This document shows positions 46,889 through 56,527 of a stretch of 64,000 nt of DNA, piece after piece. Made by a program: the position numbers and the translations under genes. The notes below the pieces were generated by a model, which was not told the DNA's origin, searched no databases, and saw only the letters and a list, made by a program, of their open reading frames with translations. Source of the stretch: Acidobacteriota bacterium (lineage in GTDB: Bacteria; Acidobacteriota; UBA6911); the NCBI GenBank assembly GCA_963664705.1, contig OY761556.1, positions 3,296,001-3,360,000 on the forward strand, read 5' to 3'. Position 1 is the first letter of the stretch; each line of letters opens with the position of its first letter.

Positions 46889-48346
46889 ATGCCGAACAAC
46901 CTCCCCGCAGAGGGTCCGATCGGAGTCCAGGCCGCCGGCCTCGATTTTTGGATGGCGGCAGTTACAAAACAATGTGATGAGGTGCGAAGGGATTTCGATC
47001 CGACCTCTGTTCATGATCTGCGTGTTGCGTTGCGCCGGTGTCGGTCGATTGCCAATGGGTTTATGGCTCTGGATCCCGATCCTGCCTGGAAGCAAATGAA
47101 GGCCGAAAGCAAATGGCTTTTTCGGCAATTGGGAACCCTGCGCGATATGCAAGTCATGCTGGCATGGGTGCATCGCCTTTCCCCGGAGCCCGACCTCGTA
47201 TCCGCGAAGCTGCAATCATACATGGAGCCTCTGGAGCAACAAAACAGGCAGGAGGCCGCGGCGGCCGTTTCCAGTTTTAATAAGAAAAAATGGGCCGCAT
47301 GGAGGCGACTACTTTCACCACGCACCCGTACAATTCCGTTGGAAGGGATCGTCTTTCAGCATCTGGCACTTGAGCGATGGATGGACCTGAAAGCGTTTCA
47401 CCGGCAGGCTTTGCACAACCGAAGCCAGGCTGCATACCATCGAGTGCGCCTTGCATTGAAAAAATTCAGGTATACGGTTGAAAACTTCCTGCCGTCACGG
47501 CACCAACGCTGGGGCCCGGAACTGCGAGAACTGCAGGACCTGCTGGGCGAGATGCATGACCTGTATGTTCTATGGCGCACGGCCCTGGCCATTCAAGCCG
47601 TGCCGGCCAATGAAAAGTACAATCCCTGGCGGCAGCGCCTGATGAACGCCATCGAAGACAGGCGCCGGCAATACCATGCTAAGATGACCGGCAGGGAATC
47701 CCGATTGTTCGCATGGAGGGAAGACCTCCCCAAACCGGAACAGACGCGCGACGCGGCTCTGGCGCATTTTCGAGCATGGGCTTCTTTCCGGGACCCGGAT
47801 ATCTTCCGATCGGAACATGTCGCAAAACTATCGCTTCAAATTTACGACGGGCTTTCATCGATGCATCTTGCCGGAGAGGAGGCAAAGCGCGAGCGAGACA
47901 TCCTCGAGGCGGCCGCGTTTTCCCGGACCGTCGGTTTCATCGGGGATCAGAAGCGCTATCAGAAATCATCTTGCCGGATGATCAGAAAAATCGCGGTGCC
48001 GGCCGGCCTGGATTCCGATACGCTCCAACAGGTGGCGCTGGTCGTCCGTTTTCACCGAGGAGCACTCCCGCGTCCGGACCAGAAGGCGTTGTCGGGTATT
48101 TCCAGCCGGCAGTTTGCCTCCATCACACTGTTGAGCGGCATTTTGAGGCTTGCAGACGCTTTTGACCGATTGCACGGCACGCGTGTCAATAAACTCCGGC
48201 TGGACCGATCCGGAGACACGCTCTTCATTACCGCTCCTGGATACTCCGGCAGCGACATTTCGGCCGAACGGCTGGCCGGCGCTCGCCATTTGCTGGAAAG
48301 TGCCTGCCGACTGCCTGTCCTGATTCGGGGCCACGTCCATTCCTAG
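46889..48346 (+). CDS. CHAD domain protein fused to a Ppx/GppA C-terminal HD-like domain
   Basis: VHDLRVALRR.RS, LG.LRD, H..R..LKK.RY..E, LQDLLG..HD; C-terminal H.A.L.LQI.D...RFHR...ILRLADA.D. Confidence 0.85.
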   Translation: MPNNLPAEGPIGVQAAGLDFWMAAVTKQCDEVRRDFDPTSVHDLRVALRRCRSIANGFMALDPDPAWKQMKAESKWLFRQLGTLRDMQVMLAWVHRLSPEPDLVSAKLQSYMEPLEQQNRQEAAAAVSSFNKKKWAAWRRLLSPRTRTIPLEGIVFQHLALERWMDLKAFHRQALHNRSQAAYHRVRLALKKFRYTVENFLPSRHQRWGPELRELQDLLGEMHDLYVLWRTALAIQAVPANEKYNPWRQRLMNAIEDRRRQYHAKMTGRESRLFAWREDLPKPEQTRDAALAHFRAWASFRDPDIFRSEHVAKLSLQIYDGLSSMHLAGEEAKRERDILEAAAFSRTVGFIGDQKRYQKSSCRMIRKIAVPAGLDSDTLQQVALVVRFHRGALPRPDQKALSGISSRQFASITLLSGILRLADAFDRLHGTRVNKLRLDRSGDTLFITAPGYSGSDISAERLAGARHLLESACRLPVLIRGHVHS

Positions 48347-48650
48347 GAGCGGGTGAGGCCGTTCTCAACCCGGGGATCATCCTGTCTAAGCGGAAAAGAG
48401 TCTCACATTTTTTCAGGTATCTTTTTCCTGACTTGTAACAGTGCGAGCGATCAGATACCATTTTGGTATCTGATAAGTTTTTTGTGCCGAACGGTTAAGA
48501 AAATATCTCCCCTGATACGGAGCAGCCTCTGTTAGTAAGTTTCGCCTGGTTTGAAGAAGAACCGCGGAACGCATTGTCGCCAGCATTACATTTGATCCAC
48601 AGGCATTGTGTGAAAGAAAACATCGGATGAAACAACCGTTGGAGAGATCC

Positions 48651-48675
48651 GGAAAAGGCCGGCCCTTTCCTTTTT
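48651..48675 (+). terminator. Terminator-like hairpin in the leader of the RRM gene
   Basis: GGAAAAGGCCGGCCCTTTCC-TTTTT, ending 27 bp before the ATG. Confidence 0.45.
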
Positions 48676-48702
48676 CAAGTCAACTTCCAGATTAGAGGCC
48701 AT

Positions 48703-49062
48703 ATGCCGAACAAGCTTTTTATTGGGAATCTGTCATTTAACATCGCGGATGAAGGACTGAGCGAATTTTTTGCCAGTATGAATATTCCGGTTGAAAACAT
48801 CCGGGTGATGCGCGACATGGAAACCGGCCGTTCCCGCGGATTTGCTTTTGTCGAACTCCCACCCGAGGCAGATATGGGAGCTATCATCAACCAGCTGAAC
48901 GGGAAGAACCTCGATGGACGCCCGCTCACTGTCAACGAAGCTCGCCAGCAAAAACCGAGAGAATCGGGCGGCGGATTCGACCGAAATCGCAGCAAATTCG
49001 GAAAGCGCGGAGGCGGTGGCAATCGTGGCGGCCACGAACGCCGCCCACGCAACGACTACTAG
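48703..49062 (+). CDS. RRM RNA-binding protein with Gly/Arg-rich tail
   Basis: RNP2 LFIGNL, RNP1 RGFAFVEL, GRPLTVNEAR. Confidence 0.95.
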   Translation: MPNKLFIGNLSFNIADEGLSEFFASMNIPVENIRVMRDMETGRSRGFAFVELPPEADMGAIINQLNGKNLDGRPLTVNEARQQKPRESGGGFDRNRSKFGKRGGGGNRGGHERRPRNDY

Positions 49063-49068
49063 AAAATA

Positions 49069-49094
49069 AAGCCCATTCGACCTCGAATGGGCTT
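49069..49094 (+). terminator. Hairpin after the RRM gene
   Basis: AAGCCCATTCGA-CC-TCGAATGGGCTT. Confidence 0.65.
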
Positions 49095-49194
49095 CTCCCT
49101 GCCATTCTTTTGTTCCGGGAGCCTGTCGACTCTGAAAGAGTTAGTGTATCTATTTTCATATCATGCTGGAATGCTGTCCGCGAGGTAACCCTCC

Positions 49195-49902
49195 ATGCCG
49201 GAATCCGGAATGAAAATTCGCCACCAATACTGCGACGACAAAATCTGCTTCCTCCAGCTGCAACCTGGCGGCGACAGGAATTTCTGCTATCTGCTGGGCG
49301 ATGTGCCGAGTGGGCTTGCGGCGGCAGTCGATCCCGGATTCCAGGCAGAGGGATTTGTGGACGCGGCAGCAGCCCGCAATCTGAGAATCACCAGGATTCT
49401 AATCACACACGCCCACACCGATCATATGGGAGAGGCCGCAAAGCTCAGCCGGATCACCGGGGCTTCGATCCATGCCGGGGCAAATGAAAAGGTGCCGGAC
49501 GCAACGAATCTGCACGATGGAGAGGAGCTGCGGCTTGGCCACAGATCTATCATCGCTCTCGCTACTCCAGGCCACTCCCCGGGGCACTTGTGTTACCTTT
49601 TTGAAAAACGACTGCTGACGGGAGATCTTCTTTTCTGCGGGAAAGTGGGAGGAACGGGAACTTACTTCCCGGGCTCTTCCGCCGCGGAGGAATGGGAGTC
49701 CCTGAAGAGAATTGTCAGTCTACCGGCAGAAATAATGGTTTTCCCCGGGCACGATTATTACGGGGGAGCCGGAGAGATGCCACACTCTACGCTTGATTAC
49801 GAGTTGAAACAGAACCCCTTCCTGCTCTGCCAGAACCTTGATGAATTCCTGCAGCTAAAAAACAACTGGGAAACCTATAAGCGCGAACACGATATCAGGT
49901 AG
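49195..49902 (+). CDS. MBL-fold metallo-hydrolase (glyoxalase II family)
   Basis: THAHTDH, TPGHSPG, TGDLLF, PGHDY. Confidence 0.92.
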   Translation: MPESGMKIRHQYCDDKICFLQLQPGGDRNFCYLLGDVPSGLAAAVDPGFQAEGFVDAAAARNLRITRILITHAHTDHMGEAAKLSRITGASIHAGANEKVPDATNLHDGEELRLGHRSIIALATPGHSPGHLCYLFEKRLLTGDLLFCGKVGGTGTYFPGSSAAEEWESLKRIVSLPAEIMVFPGHDYYGGAGEMPHSTLDYELKQNPFLLCQNLDEFLQLKNNWETYKREHDIR

Positions 49903-49950
49903 GTATTCACGGAGCGGCGGCGTCTCGCTAATGCCGCCTGCTTTTTGCAA

Positions 49951-49990
49951 AATTCCAGATTCCGGATTTCAGATTCCAGACTAAGACCGG
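49951..49990. repeat. 7-mer tandem array (GATTYCR)x4-5
   Basis: AATTCCA GATTCCG GATTTCA GATTCCA GAC. Confidence 0.65.
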
Positions 49991-50112
49991 AGAATAAGGG
50001 CGCTGCATACCTTCGCTTTATTGATTTTTAAAGCCGGCAGCAAGCTGCGTCACTCCACGGTTCCCACTCGGGCACGCCTTTTTGCAACTTTTGCAAATCG
50101 TCAATCGTCAAT

Positions 50113-50451
50113 TCAGCAGACGGGTGGCTTGGTATTGGGCGGCGGCGGATTCTTCATCCCGATGCGAAAGAGTTCCCCGGTCTCTTTACGTTTCCAACCT
50201 GCCCGTTGGCTCAATGGGTGCTCCATGCGAATGGCCCCGGGACAAGGACAGTGCGCCACGCAACAGCCGCAAAACCAGCATTCATCCGGATACAGAACAA
50301 TGGGGGGTTCCCCGGCCTGCGGACTCGGAATCAATACATCTGTACGGCACACATCGACGCAGGTCAGGCACGCGGTACACAGGTCGGCATCAAAAATAAT
50401 GGCCTTGCAGGCAGATGAGGGATTGGCCACTAACAAAGCTTTTTCTGACAT
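50113..50451 (-). CDS. 2x[4Fe-4S] ferredoxin, AprB-like
   Basis: CTACLTCVDVC and YPDECWFCGCCVAHCP. Confidence 0.9.
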   Translation of the reverse strand: MSEKALLVANPSSACKAIIFDADLCTACLTCVDVCRTDVLIPSPQAGEPPIVLYPDECWFCGCCVAHCPCPGAIRMEHPLSQRAGWKRKETGELFRIGMKNPPPPNTKPPVC

Positions 50452-50478
50452 GATCAAAACCTCCGGAACATTGAGTCC

Positions 50479-52467
50479 CTATAGCTCGCTATGCTTCCGA
50501 TAATTTTCCTCGAAGCTGGGTGCATACGGTGGCATGAGATAATATTTTATGGGTAATTCACCGACCTTAACGCCCTTGTTGTCCTGGCAAATCGTTACGA
50601 TCTTGTGCCATTCCTGAGGATCCATATCCGGATAATCCAGCCGCTTGAAATCCAGCAGGGCACTGCTGGCTTTGCGCGCCAAGGAAGCCTGCATAATAAT
50701 TTCGCCAACCGTCATGTGAGTGTGGCACTCCAGGATGCGACAAAGCTCATGCGGATTCCTGGCATAGGCGGTGGGAGCTTCGCTTTCCCGGATGCTTCGA
50801 ATCCAATGCAATCCCATCTGCAAAACCTTCTCGCTCTTGAATTCGCCGCAATAATCCTGCATCACGCGGCATAGCCCGGCGCGCAGTTCTTTCCAGCCGA
50901 TTCCATCTTTGCGCATCACCGGTGCGTATACGCGCGTCTTTTCCGATTCGACCTGCTTTCTGTCCACAGCCCCCAGCGACGCCTGTTTGGCATAAGCAGC
51001 GGCGGTTCTGCCCGCGTATCGGCCGGTTGCGGCGGCGTGGGCATGGGTACCGCCGGAATATTGCTGGCTGCCTGCAACGTAAAGCCCGTCCAGGGAAGAT
51101 TTGAGGTCCCAATCGAAAACGATTCCCCCTCCGCCGCCAAATGCGCCTTCACGCCACTGGCGAGGCCCGTAGGTTTCCCAGGCGGGCCCGCGTCCGTATT
51201 GCTCTGGAGGCATGACCGGCAATTGAAGCATATCTTTGTCGGGATCAAATCCTGCTTTGCAGTAGTTATCGTAGATAATGCTGCATTTGCCCTCGTTATA
51301 AATCATCAGGCCCCAGATTGCGCGACGCTCATGCTCGGGCATGCCCGGCAAGTCGGCGTAAAGAGGGAGGGCGTATTCGCCCCTGGCGATGCGCTCGGAC
51401 AGATCGGGAATAAGCCCGGGTCCCCAGATGGCGTAAGGCCCCATGCGACCGTACATAAAATATTTCTGTCCGGGTGCCGGACGGTAACGCTCGGCCACCG
51501 TTTTCAGTATGTTCCCTTCCCTATCTACGTAGGGAATTTCCTTCCCGTTGGCATCGACGATCGAGCAGGCAAACCAGGTGTTGTTATGGTCTCCCGTTCC
51601 ATACGGAGGATAGCGGAAGAAGCCGCTCGACAGTCCTCGGCCGCTCCTTTCCATCAAGGCCAGGTCCGCACCGGCATTCCAGGCCATTGCAGTGCCGTCG
51701 CCGGAATTGTTGGGATCATTAAAAATTGAGCTGAACCCGGCAATTTCGGTGGAAAACACCCATTGGCCGGCAAAGACAGACATGGAAAGAATCGCTGCCT
51801 TTGAATTGAACACATAAAACTCCCCGGTCCGGATGCTTACGCCCGTAGCTCCAACAACGCGGCCGCCCGGCTTTCCATCTTCATTAAGCAGACTGGTCAC
51901 CATGATCTTGTCGAAGATCTGAACTCCCAGCCGCTTGAGTTCGTTGTAAAGTGCGACCTTGACCTTTGCCCCGCCATTGACGCGAATACAGGTCCTGTTC
52001 ACATAGTCGTAGGCGAACATAAGCTTGGTTTTTTCATCGCGAAAGTCCGCACCGGCAAACTGGTCGTCGACATCGCGAACCTTGAGGCCCATCTGTTCGA
52101 GGTCCAGCAGTGCATCATAGCTTTCCTTGCACTGGATATAACAGGTAATGCCGTTGCCGTATTCGTGATAGGAGTAGTCCCCGAATACTTTGACGATCTC
52201 CATCATCTCTTCCGGAGTCACCTTCGAGCACGGATTCGTACAAGCCGCGTGCCAGTGATCGACTCCCGCGCCGCCGGAACCGCTGCGTATCACCGCTCCT
52301 TTGTCCACTACAACGACTTTTGCGCCACGCCGGGCTGCGTGAACAGCCGCATGGCAGCCGGCAATGCCGCCGCCCAGGATAAGCACATCTGCGTTTACCA
52401 CATTCTCTTTGCCATAATGAGTCGGATAAGACCATTCCGCCGGCTGAACATTGATTGGATCAATCAT
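50479..52467 (-). CDS. FAD-binding oxidoreductase, AprA/SdhA/FrdA superfamily
   Basis: GGGIAG, RSGSGG, GDG.AMA..AGA, GLYVAG, ASL.RK.S...RLDYP; GGAGG RBS before ATG 52467. Confidence 0.88.
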   Translation of the reverse strand: MIDPINVQPAEWSYPTHYGKENVVNADVLILGGGIAGCHAAVHAARRGAKVVVVDKGAVIRSGSGGAGVDHWHAACTNPCSKVTPEEMMEIVKVFGDYSYHEYGNGITCYIQCKESYDALLDLEQMGLKVRDVDDQFAGADFRDEKTKLMFAYDYVNRTCIRVNGGAKVKVALYNELKRLGVQIFDKIMVTSLLNEDGKPGGRVVGATGVSIRTGEFYVFNSKAAILSMSVFAGQWVFSTEIAGFSSIFNDPNNSGDGTAMAWNAGADLALMERSGRGLSSGFFRYPPYGTGDHNNTWFACSIVDANGKEIPYVDREGNILKTVAERYRPAPGQKYFMYGRMGPYAIWGPGLIPDLSERIARGEYALPLYADLPGMPEHERRAIWGLMIYNEGKCSIIYDNYCKAGFDPDKDMLQLPVMPPEQYGRGPAWETYGPRQWREGAFGGGGGIVFDWDLKSSLDGLYVAGSQQYSGGTHAHAAATGRYAGRTAAAYAKQASLGAVDRKQVESEKTRVYAPVMRKDGIGWKELRAGLCRVMQDYCGEFKSEKVLQMGLHWIRSIRESEAPTAYARNPHELCRILECHTHMTVGEIIMQASLARKASSALLDFKRLDYPDMDPQEWHKIVTICQDNKGVKVGELPIKYYLMPPYAPSFEENYRKHSEL

Positions 52468-52602
52468 CGTCAGGTCCCTCCTGATATGCGTAGGGAAAAG
52501 GAGTAAAAGTAAAGGGCCACTATAGCCCACTCTTTTCAGGAGGAAAATAAAGAAAAGAAGCCGGGAGTCATAAGCCTCGCACCTTTCGACCGATCGCTGC
52601 AA

Positions 52603-53502
52603 TCAGGCACGGCGTGTGCGATGGCTTTTATTGCGGAGCTTTGCTTTCTGAGGTTTTGGCTGAGGCAGTGAAGCTTCCATCCACTGCTTGATGCGATTGG
52701 CATCCGCCAACCGGGTGTTCTTCCCAGTGGAGTTCAGGAGGACAATCAGAACCGGCCGCCGGGCCAGCAGCGTCTGCATCACCAGGCAACGACCGCCCTC
52801 CTCAATATAGCCGGTTTTGGACAGACCGATCTGCCATTTGCGATTGCGCACCAGCGCATTCGTGTTGACGAACTTCAATTTTTTCCGCCCCTGCTCAAGC
52901 GTTACTTCAGGCTGCGTGGTGAAATTGCATATCAGAGGATATCGGCAGGCTGCGTCTACCAGTTTGCTGAGATCTGCAGCAGACGCAACATTTTCGTCCG
53001 AAAGCCCGGTCGGGTCATCAAAGCGCGCTTCGCTGAGGCCCAAAACCTTCGCCTTCTCATTCATTGCCCGCACAAGCGCGTGAATGCCGCCGGGATAGGT
53101 TCTGCCCAACGCATGGGCGGCGCGATTCTCGGATGCCATCAGCGCGATCAGCAAGGCATCCCGTCTGGTGAGTTGAGTTCCAACCGGAAGATGCGAGTGA
53201 CTGAAACGCAGGATATCCTTGTCTGCCTCCTCGATAGTAATTATCTCCTCCATGTTCAGCTTTGCATCCAGAACCACCATGGCAGTCATCAGTTTGGTGA
53301 TGGAGGCAATCGGCATTGCGGTTTCCGCCCGTTTTGACAGAAGGGATTCCCCGGTGCGCTGATCCTTTACAATGAATGCGGCTGAGCGAAGCTTTGGAAC
53401 GCGGGTTGTGGGTATGGACCAGGCGCGAAGATCGGCGGCAGAAGAAGCGAAAAGCAGCCCCAGAAAAGCAAAAACAAATCTCAGCGCCATGAACAACCGC
53501 AT
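52603..53502 (-). CDS. pbpG: D-alanyl-D-alanine endopeptidase (PBP7, peptidase S11)
   Basis: SITK, SEN and KTG triad motifs; ASENRAAHAL; GRCLVMQ. Confidence 0.88.
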   Translation of the reverse strand: MRLFMALRFVFAFLGLLFASSAADLRAWSIPTTRVPKLRSAAFIVKDQRTGESLLSKRAETAMPIASITKLMTAMVVLDAKLNMEEIITIEEADKDILRFSHSHLPVGTQLTRRDALLIALMASENRAAHALGRTYPGGIHALVRAMNEKAKVLGLSEARFDDPTGLSDENVASAADLSKLVDAACRYPLICNFTTQPEVTLEQGRKKLKFVNTNALVRNRKWQIGLSKTGYIEEGGRCLVMQTLLARRPVLIVLLNSTGKNTRLADANRIKQWMEASLPQPKPQKAKLRNKSHRTRRA

Positions 53503-53772
53503 CCTTTCTTAGCTTTGACCTGTGGTGATGACTTCCATTCCTTTAACATGAGAGAGATAGTCAGGGGTTGGATCCCCCGTTTGAGCTTGGGCAATGCGTC
53601 TCAAGGTCATTGTACACATACTTGAAAAAAATTCTGCCAAAAACTTCTTCAAATTTGAATGCTCGAAAGAAAAAACCGGAATCCATGCCCCATAAATGCG
53701 ATTGACACTTGTTGCCACCTGTTACACATTGGTCTCGCTTCAATAGCTGAAAAACCCACAGGAGTGACCGAT

Positions 53773-55824
53773 ATGACAGGCGGATATCTCGGAAAAATTC
53801 TCAGACTCAATCTGACCGGCAAGGCGGTCAGCATAATCGATACGGCCAAGTACGAGGAATTCGGCGGCGGCCATGGAATAGGCTCAGCGGTTTTCTTCGA
53901 CCTGGTCGGCAGCCAGCTGCCCTTTGACGCTTTCGATCCGAGAAATGTTATCACCATCATGACAGCCCCTTTCTCAGGCACATTTGTCCCCGGTTCCGGA
54001 CGATGCGAAGTGCAGGGGCTGGCTCCAATGTACTATCCCATCGAATGGTTTAACCGCAGCAGCTGGGGCGGCAGGTTCACGGCTCAACTGAAATATGCGG
54101 GGTGGGACGGCATTGTCATTGAAGGAGTTTCCCCGGATCCCGTCTGGATTAATATTCTCAACGACAAGGTCACGTTCGAAGATGCCGGCAGCCTGTGGGG
54201 AATGGACGTGGTGGATACGCAGGAGGAAATTGCACGGCGCGTGCTTCCCGGCTTGCGCTACGGCGAATGGGCCGATTTGGATAAAGGGCAGACGACGCAG
54301 GTCCCGGCCATTGCCTGCATCGGGTTGGCGGGGGAAAACAAAAGCCGCATTGCCTCCATTGTGCATGGAGCCGGCAGCAGCGCCGCGCAAGGTGGATTCG
54401 GCGGAGTGTGGGGATCCAAAAAACTCAAAGCCATCAGCGTCATCGGCACGGGCAGTGTGCCAATTGCTGATCCCAAGGCATTGATGGAGGCCCGGAGGTG
54501 GTTCAACAAATTCCAGTGGGACGTGGATAATCCGCAGGATCTCAAAATGGAACCGCGAGCTTTCATGCTTTTCAACGGGGCTCCCAGCGGCGGGAATACT
54601 CACAATGGAACGGTCCCGCTGGAGCCGGCACGCGCCGCGGCATGCGCATCATGCCCAAGGGCCTGTCGTATGCGCCTGGCCGGGGGAAAGAGCAATGAGG
54701 CGACCTGCGCAGGTACCGTAACATTCATGGGTCTGGACGGCCCGCGGATCGACAAAATGAAAGCGACGGACCTGTTGCATGCCTATGGCATCAATCACTG
54801 GCATCTGCACGGCCCGATTGCCTACCTGCAGGGATTGTATAAACTCGGTGTCCTTGGACGCGGGAAGCAGATTGAATGCGATCTGCCTTTCGAGCAATTC
54901 AATAAACTGGAATTCGTCGAGGCATTGATGCGCAGGATCGCAAAGCGCGAGGGGATCGGAGATGCGTTGAGCGAAGGATTGGCCAGGGCCGCCATCAAAT
55001 GGGGGCGATATGAAGAGGACCTTGCCAGCGGCCTGCTTTCACTGGCCTATTGGGGGTCCTGGGAACACTACGACCCGAGGGTTGAAGTGGAATGGGGTTA
55101 TGGCTCGCTCCTGGGAGAGCGCGATATTATGATGCACAGCTTCAATTATCCCCTGCACTGGATGCCCACGGCGATGATCAGGGAAAAGGTTGAACCGTAT
55201 CTCTCCGCCGAAAGGGCCGTGGAGATGGTAGCCGCCACTATGATTCCGTATGCAGGTGATCCTTTCATGATGGATTACAGCGAAGGCTCCACAGGAATCT
55301 ATTCCGATCACAAAGTCAAACAGGTGGCATGGCACCGGCACTATGAGAGGTTCTGGATTGACAGTACGGGCTTCTGCGGTTGGCGTTGGCCGATGTTCTT
55401 TACCAACAATACTCCTGACAGAGTGGGCGCCACGCCGGAAGCAGAACCGAAATTCTATAATGCAGTGACCGGAAAAAATATCTCCTTTGCCGACGGAATG
55501 GAAATCGGACGCAAGATATGGAACCTGGATAAATCCATCTGGGTGCTGCAGGGAAGACACCGTAACCAGGAAGTATTCCCGGAGTATCTGTACACCAAAC
55601 CGTCCGAAGCGCACATTCTCCCGGTATATGAAAACGGCAAATGGTCCTATGGGACCAATGCGGGCCGCACCTTGAACAAGAATAAAGTCGAAGACTGGAA
55701 GACTCGATTTTACGAATTCGAGGGGTGGAACCAGGCAAACGGATGGCCCAAGAGAAGCACGCTTGAATCACTCGGAATGAAAAAAGTCGCCGACACGCTA
55801 CAGGCCAGGAACAAACTCGGCTAG
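53773..55824 (+). CDS. Aldehyde:ferredoxin oxidoreductase (tungstopterin WOR) family protein
   Basis: GYLGKILR.NL, LKYAGWDGIVIEG, IG.AGEN, GGFGGVWGSKKLKAI, CASCPRAC, GWP..STL..LG. Confidence 0.9.
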   Translation: MTGGYLGKILRLNLTGKAVSIIDTAKYEEFGGGHGIGSAVFFDLVGSQLPFDAFDPRNVITIMTAPFSGTFVPGSGRCEVQGLAPMYYPIEWFNRSSWGGRFTAQLKYAGWDGIVIEGVSPDPVWINILNDKVTFEDAGSLWGMDVVDTQEEIARRVLPGLRYGEWADLDKGQTTQVPAIACIGLAGENKSRIASIVHGAGSSAAQGGFGGVWGSKKLKAISVIGTGSVPIADPKALMEARRWFNKFQWDVDNPQDLKMEPRAFMLFNGAPSGGNTHNGTVPLEPARAAACASCPRACRMRLAGGKSNEATCAGTVTFMGLDGPRIDKMKATDLLHAYGINHWHLHGPIAYLQGLYKLGVLGRGKQIECDLPFEQFNKLEFVEALMRRIAKREGIGDALSEGLARAAIKWGRYEEDLASGLLSLAYWGSWEHYDPRVEVEWGYGSLLGERDIMMHSFNYPLHWMPTAMIREKVEPYLSAERAVEMVAATMIPYAGDPFMMDYSEGSTGIYSDHKVKQVAWHRHYERFWIDSTGFCGWRWPMFFTNNTPDRVGATPEAEPKFYNAVTGKNISFADGMEIGRKIWNLDKSIWVLQGRHRNQEVFPEYLYTKPSEAHILPVYENGKWSYGTNAGRTLNKNKVEDWKTRFYEFEGWNQANGWPKRSTLESLGMKKVADTLQARNKLG

Positions 55825-55845
55825 CCAATCGGAGCCGCCGCCGAT

Positions 55846-56478
55846 TTAGTGGTTTGCCAGAACGGAACGAATTTTGCCGGTAATGAGGTCAATCCCGGCC
55901 TCATTAAATCCTCCCTCTGGAAGGATGATATCGGCATACCGCATAGACGGTTCGACAAACTGAAGGTGCATCGGCCGCACGGTGGTGAGGTACTGTTCGA
56001 TAACAGAATCGACGCTGCGACCGCGCTCCCGCAGATCGCGCTTGAGCCTTCGGACAAATCGGATATCCGGATCACAATCCACAAAAATCTTGATGTCCAT
56101 GAAGCGCCGCAAACGCGGATCGAAAAAAATCAGGATTCCCTCGACAATAATGACCGGCAACGGCAGCACGGCGATAGTGTCAGGCTTGCGCGAGTGAGTT
56201 ACAAAATCATAGATCGGACGCTCGATGCATTCGCCGGCTCGCAGCGCTTCCAGGTGATTGACGAGCAGTTCGTTATCGATGGCATCCGGATGGTCGAAGT
56301 TGGCCTGATGCCGGACGTCAAGCGGCATGTCCCCGAGGTTGCGGTAATAGGAGTCCTGTTGCAGATAGGCAACGTTCTCCTCACCAATGGATGCGATGAT
56401 CTTCTGAGCCACCGTGGTCTTGCCTGAGCCGGTTCCTCCGCAAATTCCGATAATGATGCTGGACATATTAGTCGCCAC
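55846..56478 (-). CDS. udk: Uridine kinase
   Basis: GGTGSGKTT, QDSYY, NFDHPDA, VEGIL, RD..ERGR. Confidence 0.96.
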   Translation of the reverse strand: MATNMSSIIIGICGGTGSGKTTVAQKIIASIGEENVAYLQQDSYYRNLGDMPLDVRHQANFDHPDAIDNELLVNHLEALRAGECIERPIYDFVTHSRKPDTIAVLPLPVIIVEGILIFFDPRLRRFMDIKIFVDCDPDIRFVRRLKRDLRERGRSVDSVIEQYLTTVRPMHLQFVEPSMRYADIILPEGGFNEAGIDLITGKIRSVLANH

Positions 56479-56527
56479 CTCCTGATATTGCGCCCGCTTG
56501 CAAGATTTGTGACAAGGGCATGTGAAT

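Noticed and set aside
53503-53772. Moco/Wco riboswitch upstream of the AOR gene, and the longer 53659 start
   Set aside because: Only short hairpins, with no recognisable motif. The RBS (AGGAG) and family N-terminus support ATG 53773.
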